A stretch of 20,000 nt of DNA from Peribolospora baueri (Eukaryota). The DNA is taken from positions 175,736-195,735 of the forward strand of contig JAMDHS010000039.1 of NCBI GenBank assembly GCA_029717555.1, in the 5' to 3' direction. Numbering within the stretch: position 1 is the stretch's first letter; each line of letters starts with the position of its first letter. This document shows, piece after piece, positions 8,768 through 19,930 of this stretch. A program made the position numbers and the translations under genes. The notes beneath the pieces are model-generated. The model worked only from the letters and a program-made list of their open reading frames with translations. It was not told the origin of the DNA and searched no databases.

Positions 8768-10699
8768 TCAGCGCCCCCTGTCCGACCCTTCCCAAAGCTT
8801 CTTCAAAATGTTGTTACATCCACCATCCAGCTGCGCGTGGTTCGTCGTCGTGTCCTTGCCCATGTCCTGACCCGGCGTCGGCATCGGCATCGGCGGACGA
8901 GGTGCTGCTGCTGGGACCGGCCGCATCGTTTGCGCTTGCGGCGGCAGCGCCGGAGCATAACCGGAATACTGCGGCGGCGGCGGCGGCGGCGGCTGCTGCT
9001 GCTTCTTCTTGAGCACGTTTATCCTCGGTGGAGATGAGCGCGATGACGAGCTCGATCCAGAGTCCTTCGGAGGCAGAGGCGGCGTGGACGAGGCAGAGTG
9101 ATCTCGGGAGTGGGAGTGGGAGTGGGAGTGAGAGTGTGGTCGAGATGAGGCTGGGCGCGATGGCGGTTCGAGTTCGGGCATGGCCTCGCGCGAGAGGAAG
9201 ATGGTGAGCGAGTTGGGAGGGATATACGCCGACGCCGGCGATTTGCTATGAAAGCGGACGGACGGACGGCCGGCCAAGGGAGTGGTAGTTGAGATCAGGG
9301 CGATCTAGATGCGAGTTCGTTCGCTACTCACCCTTTCGCGTCTGGGTCATCGAGGACGATCCGTTTGGGCTTCCTCTCTTGGACCGTTTCCCTCCTCCTT
9401 AGCTCCATCTCTTCCGGCACGACGCTATCGCAATCGCGTGGAGAGCGATTCAGCATTCGATCTATCCTACCGGGAGGACCATCTCGTACTCACTATTGGT
9501 GCAACTCCTCCTGTCTAGCCTTCCATCTCGTCGCTTTCACCTCGGCGGCGATGGAGACGAGCTTGGGCACGGTGTCAGGCGAGCGAGCGCGTAGGATGAT
9601 GAAGAGCAGGCTCTTGTCCGACGCGAACAGCTCGTCCGCTCGAGCGACATACTCGGGCACTTCGCCGAAAGGGCGCACTATGATCTCGTTGGGCTCATGG
9701 GAAATGTGCATCTCCATTCGAAAGGGTGAAAAAGAAGGCATTTGAGCGTCGGGTCCAGGTGCGGACAGGTGCGGCGCATGGCTCACGTTGGATCCCTTGG
9801 CGAGACCGTCGTTGCTCGCGGTAGTCGGCGAACTCGTAATAAACTCGTTCTCCACATCCTTCTTGCCCTCATCCCAAGCTGTGTCCTGAAGGGAGAAGAG
9901 GGTGGTGAGGAGGACGATCTCGAGGCCTGGACGGTCAAAGGACGGCGGACACGAGGGGGGATCAGGATGAGCGCGTCAACGACCGGCTCCCCGACATGCC
10001 ATCGGCAGGGCCAAAGTCAGAGACGACGACGACGACGACGACGGCCACCCACCCTTCTTGTCATGAATATCAAACCTCGCCAGATTATAGTCCAACATTT
10101 GAAAGCTCGCGTCCCTGCTCTTGCTCGAAGGCCGGTACATGGCCACGGCGACGGCGGGATCGGGACGGCGGAGGATGTGGCAGATGTACTGCGTCTTACC
10201 GCCGAAGCCGGACTCGCGCCGCCATTCGTAGCGTTCGCTGGCGAGAAGGGGCGCGTGTCAAGGTGATGCAAGAGACGGGGAGACGGGAAAACGGTACGAC
10301 CAACACGGAACAGTGCACTGCACTCACCCCTCCCAGTCAAAGCTCCACTCGAACACGAACGTGCCGGTCTGCTTGAACTCGAAGCTCAAGTTAGGGTTGT
10401 GCAGCTGCACACGCTTCGATTTGGCGCCGGAGCTCTGCGCCTCAAGGGTGGCGAGGACGGCGCCGGAGAGAGAATCCTCGAGGGAGATAGCGTAGAAGGA
10501 GGTGCGCGCGCGCGCCTTGGTGTAGATTTTCTGCTGCGACGCCTCTTCCACCTGGCGCGACGAGATGCGGTTTCAGCGCGGCGCCCTTCGAACCTTGCTC
10601 TCCCGCTCGCTTCGATGCCACACTCACCAAGTCGACGATACCGAAGTTATCGTGACGGCGCTGATAGAGCAGAGTGTAGAGGTTCTTGTCCAAGCTCAT
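8768..10699 (-). CDS. Uncharacterised fungal protein, ~469 aa, 7 exons: N-terminal tubby/LURP-like beta-barrel, Alba/Rpp25-like domain and Pro/Ser/His-rich tail
   Basis: Exons 10699-10628, 10551-10328, 10237-10053, 9926-9787, 9711-9494, 9424-9332 and 9245-8768 (1410 nt, phases consistent). Spliced protein MSLDKNLYTLLY...VQLHNP...FEWSFDWEGERYEWRRE...ILRRPDPAVAVAMY...FQMLDYNLARFDIHDKKGLEIVLLTTLFSLQD...NEIIV...ELHQYVV...YIPPNSLTIFLSREAMPEL reads as a globular protein. The domain names are inference from sequence pattern. Confidence 0.85.
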
Positions 10700-11087
10700 G
10701 GGCGGGGGTCGCTGGAGGGGTATGCGTCGGAGGGAGGGGTATAAACGATGAGAGACGGCGGACGGAGTGCAGGAATAGGGAGGGGTGGATAAAAGAGAGA
10801 GGCAGAAGGGAGGAACGGAAGAGGAGGCAGTCTGGAGAAGGGACGACGTTTTTCTCATCCACGCCTAGCCGACCGACCGACCGCCGTGCAACTCATCACC
10901 CGCACCACCACCACCACATGGCCACCGGCGAGCTGCGGCACCGCTGTTGCTGCCGCTGACGACGCTATGCTTGTCCACACGTCACTCACTGATCCGCACA
11001 GCCTCGTCTTGCTTGCACAGCACCGCACGACAAACAAATTCCGGCGGGGTAACAATTGCACATCGCATCGCGACCGCTTCCCCGCCC

Positions 11088-11132
11088 ACCAGACCAGACC
11101 AGACCTGACTTGACCAGACCAGACCAGACCAG
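11088..11132 (+). repeat. Degenerate (ACCAG)n pentamer microsatellite
   Basis: Read directly from the sequence, intergenic. Confidence 0.8.
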
Positions 11133-11392
11133 AGCGGACGAAAAGGATTGAGTGAAGTAAGCTGTCCAAGGGCGGATGGATATCTATCTATATGGGAATG
11201 CAGTTTTGTACGCGACGAGTACGAACGGAGGGATCCATAGTGAGTGAGTGGGTCGGTCAATGGAGGGTGGCTGCATGGATTCGTATTCGTAGGTGTCGAT
11301 AGTGGATGGTGGATGGTAGATAGATGGATGGATGGATGAAGAAGAAGAAATGTGCCGAGCTTTCCCTCGAACTGAGGATGTTCGGAAGCCCC

Positions 11393-14300
11393 TCATCTCG
11401 CCTCCAAGATCCCCTCGGCCGGCTTTCTGAGGTGCTCCGGCAGCGTAGCGATGAGCCTCCTAGCCTGCTCGCTCAGCCTCTCCCTCTGTGCTTCCCTCGC
11501 CGCCCGGCGCCGTCTTTCCTCCACCTCTGTCTCCGCCCCCTGCACCCCCCCGCTGGCCGTCGTCTTGCGCGCCGACGATTCCCGTGAGCTCGATCGGCCT
11601 GGACCGCCGACGGAAGCTCGCTCTGCCGGGTCTTCCTGGTCCAGCTGGGAATAGACGTGAAGGGGTCGTAGACCGCTTCCTTCCTCGTCCTCCTCGTCCT
11701 CGTCCTCCTCCCCGCCCTCGTCGCCCCGTCCGTCCTCGTTACGGAGCACCTCCGCCGATTCCCCATCAAGCCAATCGTGCGCGGGCGAAGCGGGAGGCGA
11801 GACGTCAGGCGACGACGGCGAGTCGCCGCCGCTATGCGAGATGCTCGGCACCGGACTAGCCCCGGAGCTCGCGGAGCCCGCCCCTGCCCCCACCCCGGCG
11901 CTCGTGCCGACGAGACGAGGCGCGCCGGCGTTGGCGCTGCCCGTACCCCGTCCATCGCGCGGAAACGGAAGCAAGCGAGAGCGGCGGGACGTAGACGTAC
12001 TGGCAGAAGACATGTGCGCCGCCGAAGCCGAAGCCGAAGGGCCGACGGTGCGCCAAGGACGGTCGGACAAGAAGGACGAGGACTGGCCGTCAAGGGCGGC
12101 GCCGGCGGGCGAGCGGCGAGGCGACACGAGGGTGGAGAAGCTGGACGTGGACATCGAGTCAGGCAAGACGCTGGCGCTTTGGTCGCGCAGCTCGTCCTCG
12201 ACGAGCTTGATCTCGTCCCTAATCCTGCTGATCAAATCCACCACCTCGACCTCGCTCATCGTCCTCCCAAACCTCTCCACGTCGCCCGTACAAAGCGCAT
12301 TCACCCTCCTTCTCCTCTGCTCCTCCTGCGCTCTCTCGACGCGCTCGTGGAGCCACATGGCAAAGTTGGGGCAGCGGATAAAGTCGATGTAGAGTGAGGT
12401 GGCGGAGGAGGTGGAGATGTGGCGCGACCGAAGCGGGATCGGCGTGCCATGCGTTTTGAGCGAGAGGAGGAACGCGGCGCCATCGAACGGCCGGATCTTT
12501 GGCGACTCTCGCGGCGAAGTGAGGGAGCTGGCGGCGGAGGGCAGGAAATGGGTTAGATCGTCGTCAAACGAGCCTGTCGTCTTCCGAACACGAAAACGAG
12601 AGCGCCGCGACTCACAAATCTGCGGGGATGAGACTAGCGAAATACCGGTTCAAGGGTGCGAGGAACTTTTCGGTCAGGTCGGCAAAGTAGCCTCGCATAA
12701 GTGCGTTGGCCACCGCGACGTCTACAAGAAAGGAGAGCAAAAAGGAAGAAAGAAAAAGAGACGACGCAGATGGGTGCGTAGGCAGGTTAGACGGACGGAC
12801 GGAAAGGCAAAGAAACGATGAAGGACCGAGCCGCCTGCATCGCGTCGCATCGCCTGCATGTACACACTCACTTTCTGCCCCATCTGTCTTGGCCAGCTCC
12901 GTCAACCTCCGAATCAATGGCCGGTCCTTGGACACCCTGCGCTTGCGCTTGGAGGTGAGGCCGGGTGTGTGATCGAAGAGGGCAGACGAACTCTGGCCTG
13001 ACGGACGGCGGGCGAGGGCCGGAGCCGAGCTGCTCGAACCTACGGGCCGGGGACGGGGCCTTTTGGTCGGTCGGTCGGTCGGTCGATCAAGAACGAAAAT
13101 CAACATGGGCATCAAAAGAACCACTCGGAAAAGATCCCACGCCCTCCTCCTCATCGCCGACGGGCGCGACCAGCAGACCCACCTTTCCGGCGGCTTGCCG
13201 ACCCTCAAGACGTGAGGCCAGTGCGAGCAAGCGTGCACAAAGTGCGGGTTTGTCGTGCCGATCATTGCCCCGGCCGGAGGCTGAATAGACGACGAAGCAG
13301 AGCGTTAGTGCGGCGGAGATGGACGGACGATGAAAAGAGGCTCGACCAACGCACCTTGTTCTTATTGACCAATGTCCGGTAGTCATTGTCGTGTATGTGG
13401 AAGTAGGGACGGAAGTCACCGGCGTGGGGTATCTGCGAAGCGTGGAAGGAGGGCAAGGAGGACGACCCACTTATCAGCGTCCAGATCCCCCCTACAGAGA
13501 GCTCCACATGCCCGTGGGCTGGGTTGGAGGCTCACCGGCCGAATCACGTCTCTCAACCACCACACGGCGTCGGAAGCGGTCTTAGGGTCGGGCGCGACGA
13601 CTAGGACGGGTTCGGCGAGAAGGACAGACTCCCAGAGGAGCCAAAAGTCAGGGAGGAGGTCGGCAAAGGTGGCGAAGAGAGATGTCGGGGGCAAGGAGGC
13701 CAGGAGCTGTGGTGGCGGTGGTGGTAACGAGCGGAGGATGTTAGAGGGAAATGGAAGCGTGAGAGGCGGGAGGGCAGGCACCTAAAACTCACCGGCGCGC
13801 GAGGCTCGACGTGAGCGCCGAAAGCTGACAACCCATTCTGCACGTCGACCGCTTTGTCTGCTGCGGCGGCGGCCTTGGATTTAGCGACGACGCTAGCCAC
13901 GAGCGGGGGGTCTTTCTGCACCTGGTGGCCGGAAGGCAGTTCGACGTCGAATACGGTGCCCAGGAAAGGAAGCTCGAGGGAAGAGCCCGGGAGGGGATCG
14001 GGCCAGGAGGCGACGTCGTGCGAGGCCGCCTCCAGCATCGGGAGGCCGTGCTCGAAGTAGAGAGCTGCGAAGGAGGAAGAGAAGGAGAAGGAGGGGGGGT
14101 CTATCCGTCTGATCCGTCCTTCTTCGCTTGATAGGAGAGCAAGAGGGTACGGTACGCACGTCCGAGTCGCGAGATCACTTCGGAGAGGAGGGAGACGTAA
14201 GGGAGGTGGGAGATGATGATGACAGATTTCTGAATGACCCGCGGCGGAAGATGGCGAGGGCGGGCAGGGACAGTCAGACGCTGGCGGATCCGACCAAGGA

Positions 14301-15459
14301 CGAGTGCCGACGTGGCTCACCTGAAAGTACCCCCTCTTGATGGTGGAATCCTTCCTCTGCCGGAAGAAGACGTATCCGTACAGGTAACTCGACACGGTCG
14401 GCTCGGCGGCGGGCGGCGGCGCCCTCCTGGAGACGGGGACGAGGCTGACGGTGCTTGCGCTTGCGGAGGGGTTTTGAAGGACGAGCTGGCCGTGCGGTGG
14501 GGAACGGGTGGCGGAGCGGGGAAAGGAGGCGTCTGTGATCGCGGCGCTTCTGGAGGTGGAGTGAGAGTGGGAGCTGGAGCGGGAGTGGGTGGGGTGGAGG
14601 AGAGCGGGCGATTCGGAGGGCAGCTCGCGGATGCGGAAGGAGAAGACACAGGCGCCCTCGGCGAAGATGGAGGTGTCGGGGAAGGAGGAGAAGGCACTGG
14701 GAGAAGAAAGAAAGAAAGCGGGTCAGAAAGACTGGACCTGAACGCTTGTTGCAAGTGCTGAAGATGGCCTGGAGGGACTGACATGTTATCCCTCTCCTTC
14801 CGACTGAGCTCGATGGGCGGGTACAAGAATTCCAAGTCTGGGCCGAGCTCGAGGTCAAAGTTGACGCACCCAAAGGCGAGGCACCAGCGTTGCATGCGGA
14901 CCAGTGCCTCGTCGGTGCGCACGCTGACGGGACGGAGGTGGAGGGCTGAAAAGGGGGAGTGCTTCTCCTCTCGCTCCTCCACCTTGCGCGTCTCGCTCTC
15001 TTGTTGTCGCTCGTCTCTGCCTTTGGTCTCCATCCCGTCGCTCACGCCCGGAGGGGCCAGCTCCTGGCGTTTGGATGTGCTGGAAGGCTGGGCGGGGGAT
15101 ACTTGAGGCGGTACTACGGCGGCGGAGGAGGAGGAGGAGGACAATCCGAGACGACGGAGAGAGGCTTCCTTGAGCGAGGTCTTGCGTTTGGGCACGCGCA
15201 TTGCGCCGGTCGGCTTGGGGGAGGAAGAGGTGGTGGAAGTGGTGGGCGCTGACGGGTGGGCTGTTGTTGCCGACGGCTGGGAGGTTCTGTTTGCGGCTTG
15301 GAAGGGCATTGGAAAGGAAAGGAAGCGAGAAGGAGGGGACCGGGGAGGGGAGGCGGCTTGGAAGAGGTGGGAGTGTGCGGGCGAGTCTGGGAGGAGAGAG
15401 AGGCCGAGGTCACCTGCGCCGTCGTCGTCGTCTCCAGTGGCTGGAGGCGGCTGGGACAT
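11393..15459 (-). CDS. DENND6: DENND6-like (FAM116-family) DENN-domain protein, putative Rab GEF, ~1056 aa, 10 exons
   Basis: Exons 15459-14783, 14696-14321, 14229-14160, 14064-13793, 13706-13536, 13432-13355, 13280-13183, 13059-12872, 12721-12616 and 12527-11393 (3171 nt, phases consistent). Family motifs: VNFDLELGPDLEFLYP, IAFSSFPD, YGYVFFRQRKDSTIKRGYFQKSV, WPDP, LWESVLLAEPVLV, DFRPYFHIHD, GTTNPHF..WPHVLRVG, YFADLTEKFLAPLNRYF, LYIDFIRCPNFAMW, EVEVVDL and LPEHLR. Confidence 0.92.
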
Positions 15460-16643
15460 GGTGATAAGGGTGAAGGAGAAGAAGTGGAAGGAGAAAGGAA
15501 AGTTGGCCGACGACGGCAGCTGTTCGATCGGAGATAATTGAGGTCGCTGTCGGTGATGGCTCCACTCGCAGCCGGACGACGGCAAGCTACTGCAGCAATC
15601 AGCGGCTAATAAAGGGCGCTCGCTGGTTGGAGGAGGAGGAGAGCGAGGTCCGGTGATGATAACGAAGACGACGACGAAACGAAGAAGACGAAGACGACGG
15701 ATGGAGATTGACCGCCTCAGCTGACCCATCTTCACTCTTCCTTCGTCTTCTTCTACTCGGCGCTAGCTAATCCCGCGCCCGCGCCCATCCATCATCGTCC
15801 ACCAGCTGAGCTCGAACTCGACGACGACGACGAGAACAAATCCATGGGTGACCGTGCCCAGCGAAGCCCGCTCTCCAGCTAACATCACGCACGCTTTCCT
15901 CATCTCCACCGCCTGCACACGTCTTCCTTTCCCTTCCACTTGCCAGATCAGATCGCCTCGTCTCGATCGAGACACGCTATCTGTACATGGCGCAGTTAGG
16001 CTGTCTCTCCTCCCTCCGTTTCCATCCAGCCTCGACGCTGGAGGCTTGCGTGTATGTTCTCCATCCATCGACGCGCTCAGATTGTCTTCTCGTGTACCCT
16101 ACTAGCGGCCTCGGCCCCATTGCGATATCGAAGGGCTGAGCTGAATGGGATCGATAGAAAGGCGACCCCAAGTCGAATGAAGGAACAGCCCTCTTCGTCT
16201 CCTGTCTTCGCACCGCCGAGCGGTCCGGCCAAACGAGTCCTCCACCGCCCTGCACTCGCTCGAAGCGGACACAAAGATTAGATAAGACAGAGGCGAACGA
16301 GGTTCTTCTCTATTCCAATCGCCCTCCCGCGTCGCTGACGACGGACGGCCGGGCCGGTGGGTAACTATGGCCTCCTCTTTCTAGCCACCGCACCCCGTTT
16401 GAGCTCCCCTGTCCTCCCCGTCATTGCTAACAAGAAGAGCATGGGCGCCTTCACGCACGCTCCTCCCATCCGTACGTGCACCCCGTCACCGATCCCCTGT
16501 GCGCAAGGGTCAAAAGAAGATGCGCTTTGTCGCGCGGACGCGCCACTCAACACGAACGCGATCGGCCATTGCGCGAGGCCAGATAGATCGGTCCGGTTGG
16601 CCGTCCACCACAAACGACAAACGACGCAACCACGTCGGCGACG
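15460..16643. promoter_or_regulatory. Divergent (bidirectional) promoter and 5'UTR region between the DENND6-like gene and MGS1
   Basis: The two ATGs point away from each other about 1.18 kb apart, with no credible CDS between them. Confidence 0.55.
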
Positions 16644-19600
16644 ATGAGCGAGCAAGTCAGGGCACAGTCAAAGGGCATGGGTGAGTGGAGTGGGTGCAGC
16701 GAGTGAGAAAAGCTTCGTCCACGGCCTGAGGAAACCAGGAGCCGAGCTCATCGTCTCCATCCTCCTCCCATCTCTCCACTCAGCCACCTGCCCAGTCTGC
16801 GGCGTCTCCCAGCCCGCCTTCTTCCTCAACTCCCACCTGGACAGATGTCTCCAAGCCGGAGAAGCCCAAGATCAAGATCAAGCTCAAGCGTCGTCCAAAC
16901 ATGCCACTTCGTTCTCCTTCGCCGCCGCCGCCCAACCCTCGAGCTCGCCCGACGACCGCCCCGTCGGCGCCGTCGAGGACAAGCCTCCGCAACCGTCCCC
17001 CGTCTCGAGACCCGGTCCATCCCTCAAGCGCTCTTTTACCGCCATCAGCCGTACCGACCAAACTGGCCCTCGTCCGTCCAAACGACCTATACCCTCTCCC
17101 ACCCCGGCGGGCGGCTCCTCTACCGTCGCCGCCACCACCCGTGACCACATCGCCTCTGCGGCGCCCCTCGCAGAGCGCATGCGCCCGCGCACGCTGGACG
17201 ACTTTGTCGGCCAAGAGAAGCTCGTCGGAAAGGGAAGCCTGCTTCGATCGCTCATCCAAAGAGATCACGTCGGCAGCATCGTCTTTTGGGGCCCGCCTGG
17301 AACTGGGTGAGTAAAGTGTTCCGTCCAAACGAGCATTTCGCTTCGATTTTGACATGATGTGCCTTGATTCGATGGCATCGCTTCCCTCCAGCAAAACCAC
17401 CCTAGCCCGCATCATCGCCTCGCGCACCCGCGCCCACTTCCGCGAGCTCTCCGCCACAAGCGCCGCTACGGCCGACCTGCGCAAAGTGTTCGAGGAGGCC
17501 CAGAACCGGTTGTTGTTGGGCGGACAGAGTGGGTTTGCCCCAGTCCTTTCACCGTCATGGCCGTCTTTTGTCTTTTCTCGCGCCTCTTTCCTTCTCGTTC
17601 GGAAGACACGGTGTGACGTTGGAAGAAGGGATGGCACGCATTTCGGACGCCTTTACTGAACGCCACGGCTTGGCTTTTTACTCTCGCTCTACCTGCTCGC
17701 CTCCAGAGACGATTCTTTTCATCGACGAGATCCAGCGCTTCAACAAAGGTTTGCCTACTTTCCATTTCTTTCTCCCGCAGCGCCCCCTCATCAATCCATT
17801 TTGGTTTCTCTTCCACTACGCAGGCGTTCAAGATCTCTTCTTGCCCTATGTCGAACGCGGGTCCATTCAGATGATCGCAGGTGAGCCATGCGGGCGGTGC
17901 GGTCACTGCGACGACCGGAACGGACGATCGATGAGCTAAATTCCTCTTTCTTCGTTCCTTTTTTTTCTTTCTCGCCTCTCCCCCTTTCCTCTCTCTTCGG
18001 ATACCAGCGACGACCGAAAACCCCTCCTTCAGACTCAATGGCGCCCTCCTCTCCCGCATGAGGGTCTTCGTCCTCGACAAGCTCTCCGTACGCGATTGCC
18101 ACAAAGTCCTTCGACGCGCGGCGGACAGGTGCGGACATCCTGTCGTCCCCTCTCCTGATGGTGGCGGTGACGGTGACGGTGGTGATGTGGATGTCGTCAG
18201 CCGAGCTGGAGAAAGGGAGGAGGCGGCCGTGGGGGTGAAACTGGAGGAAAATGAGCCGCTGTCTCCGGCAGTCGCTCCAAATTCTCTTCTCAGTCCCGTA
18301 CAGCGCGGTGGGAACGGCTGGACTGTGCCGAGCACGGCTTTGGGCAAGCCAAAGGCCAAGGCCAAGGAGGAGGAGAAGGAGGAGGAGGGGGCAGAGCTTG
18401 CGAGGGTCGATGATGAGTTGCTCTTTTGGCTCGCTACCATGGCCGACGGTGATGCGAGGTGGGTATCATCGACTCCGGCCTCCATCGGATGTGCCCAGGT
18501 CTCCTTCACTCCTTCATTGACATTGATCTCGCGTCGTAGGACCGCACTTAACGCTCTGGAGCTTGCCCTGTCGGCCGTCGAGGACGGCTCACTTCCTCCG
18601 ACTCGGCGAGCGCTCAAAGAGGCGCTCAGGCGGAGCGCGCTCCAATACGGTGGGTGTGGAGGTATCATTTGTGCCAGCCAGCGCGAGAGCTAAAACACGC
18701 TCCATTCGCTTCCGTTCGCTCTTTCGACCCCCCGGTTCGCTTCTCATCGTTGACGCTCCTTCCTTCTCGCAGATCGGACCGGCGACATGCACTACGATAC
18801 CATATCCGCCCTCCACGTAAGTCTTTTTTCCACGCTCCGGCGCGCTTTCATACGGCTCACTCTTCCTAATTTTTTCTCCTCGCCCTTTACAGAAATCGAT
18901 CCGCGGGTCTGATCCCGACGCGGCGCTGTATTGGCTCGCGAGGTGAGCAAGCCGTGGGCCACGATAAGCCGGTTTCAAGGCAGAGACTGACTCGACATTT
19001 GGTTTCGTGGCCCCGTATCCGTCGTAGAATGCTCGGCGGAGGTGATGTGAGTCGATCGACATCTTTTCGGGACTTGCCATCGCAACTCGGCGAGAACCCG
19101 CACGGACTGATCGATCCATCGGCCGCTCTCTACGTCTTGTCAGGACCCTCTGTACATCGCTCGACGGCTGCTCCGAGCGGCTTCCGAGGACATCAACACA
19201 CCCGACGCGATAAATTTGGTCCGTCCCTCCTCCCTGCGATCCTCTCTTTCATCGCCGGCACATTTCAGCGGCTCATCGTCGCACACATGTTCCGCCCGCA
19301 CACAGGCCGTGAATACGTATCAGACTTGTCAGCTCCTCGGGTGCGTCTCTTGTCAGCTCGCTTCCGCGAATCGCCTCCTGTCCGAAACCTTGTGGTGCCG
19401 TTGATGGACCTTCTCCCGTCCCTCCGCGCGCACATTTCTTATGCTCCTCTCGCTTTCAGCATGCCAGAGTGTGACACAGCGCTCGCCTCCTGCGTGGTCT
19501 ACCTCGCTGAGGCCCCCAAGAGTGTGCGCGTCTACAAAGCCCTTAGGAGAGCCCAGGCGGCGGTGGCGGAGGAGTTCAACTTCCCGTGAGCACACACGCG

Positions 19601-19810
19601 TTCGCTCTCTCTCTCTTTCTTTTGTGCACGCGCGGAGTGAGATGCGGGAGCGCATGCACTCACGTCCGAACCTTTTAACTCGTTTGCCCCGTGTGTGCCG
19701 TGCGCTCAATCCGGACGGCGTTCAGCGTTCCACTGCACATCCGAAACGCGCCAACCAAGCTGATGAAGGAGCTCGGATACGCACAAGAGTATCGGTACGA
19801 GCCCTCCTAC
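16644..19810 (+). CDS. MGS1: Mgs1/WRNIP1 (RarA/MgsA family) DNA-dependent AAA+ ATPase with N-terminal UBZ4 zinc finger; 3'-partial, 14 exons visible
   Basis: Exons 16644-16680, 16784-17306, 17392-17528, 17707-17748, 17824-17880, 18008-18458, 18540-18649, 18773-18816, 18893-18942, 19028-19046, 19144-19218, 19306-19340, 19460-19585 and 19726-19810. Motifs: [13 protein letters not shown] (UBZ4), [18 protein letters not shown], Walker A GPPGTGKTT, Walker [82 protein letters not shown] and [18 protein letters not shown]. Alternative start ATG at 16677. Confidence 0.96.
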
Positions 19811-19929
19811 GTGAGTCTTTTTGTTCCTTTGCCTGCGCGTTCTGGAGCAGCGTGACTATGCTCCGACCCATCCTCCGTTCTCGTGCACCTTCCCAACCGG
19901 CTCACAACGTCGCTTTCGCTTTCGCTTTC

Positions 19930-19930
<1 letters not shown>

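Noticed and set aside
8796..9060. Alternative minus-strand frame (..DKRAQEEAAAA..PRAAGWWM*) overlapping the tail of gene 3
   Set aside because: No start codon or splice site leads into it, and open alternative frames are expected in GC-rich trinucleotide repeats.
14317..15735. 472-aa ORF with an upstream ATG at 15735
   Set aside because: It is DENND6 exon 1 read through the 5' leader and intron 1. ATG 15459 (ATCACCATG context) is the more credible start, and the conserved frame resumes only after splicing.
16325..16580. Several CGCG/ACGCG (MCB-like) motifs and a CCAAT upstream of MGS1
   Set aside because: There is no perfect ACGCGT, and CGCG is very common at this GC content, so enrichment cannot be claimed.
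17466..18668. 400-aa antisense ORF over MGS1, and similar antisense ORFs over the ADAM and DENND6-like genes
   Set aside because: These are shadow ORFs from GC-rich codon usage with no domain-like content.
4311..19810. Possible excess of stop-free 3n introns (6 of the 13 3n introns among 34 complete introns)
   Set aside because: This is roughly what chance gives for ~30 codons at this GC content, so it is not evidence of a window-wide system. Only individual cases are reported.
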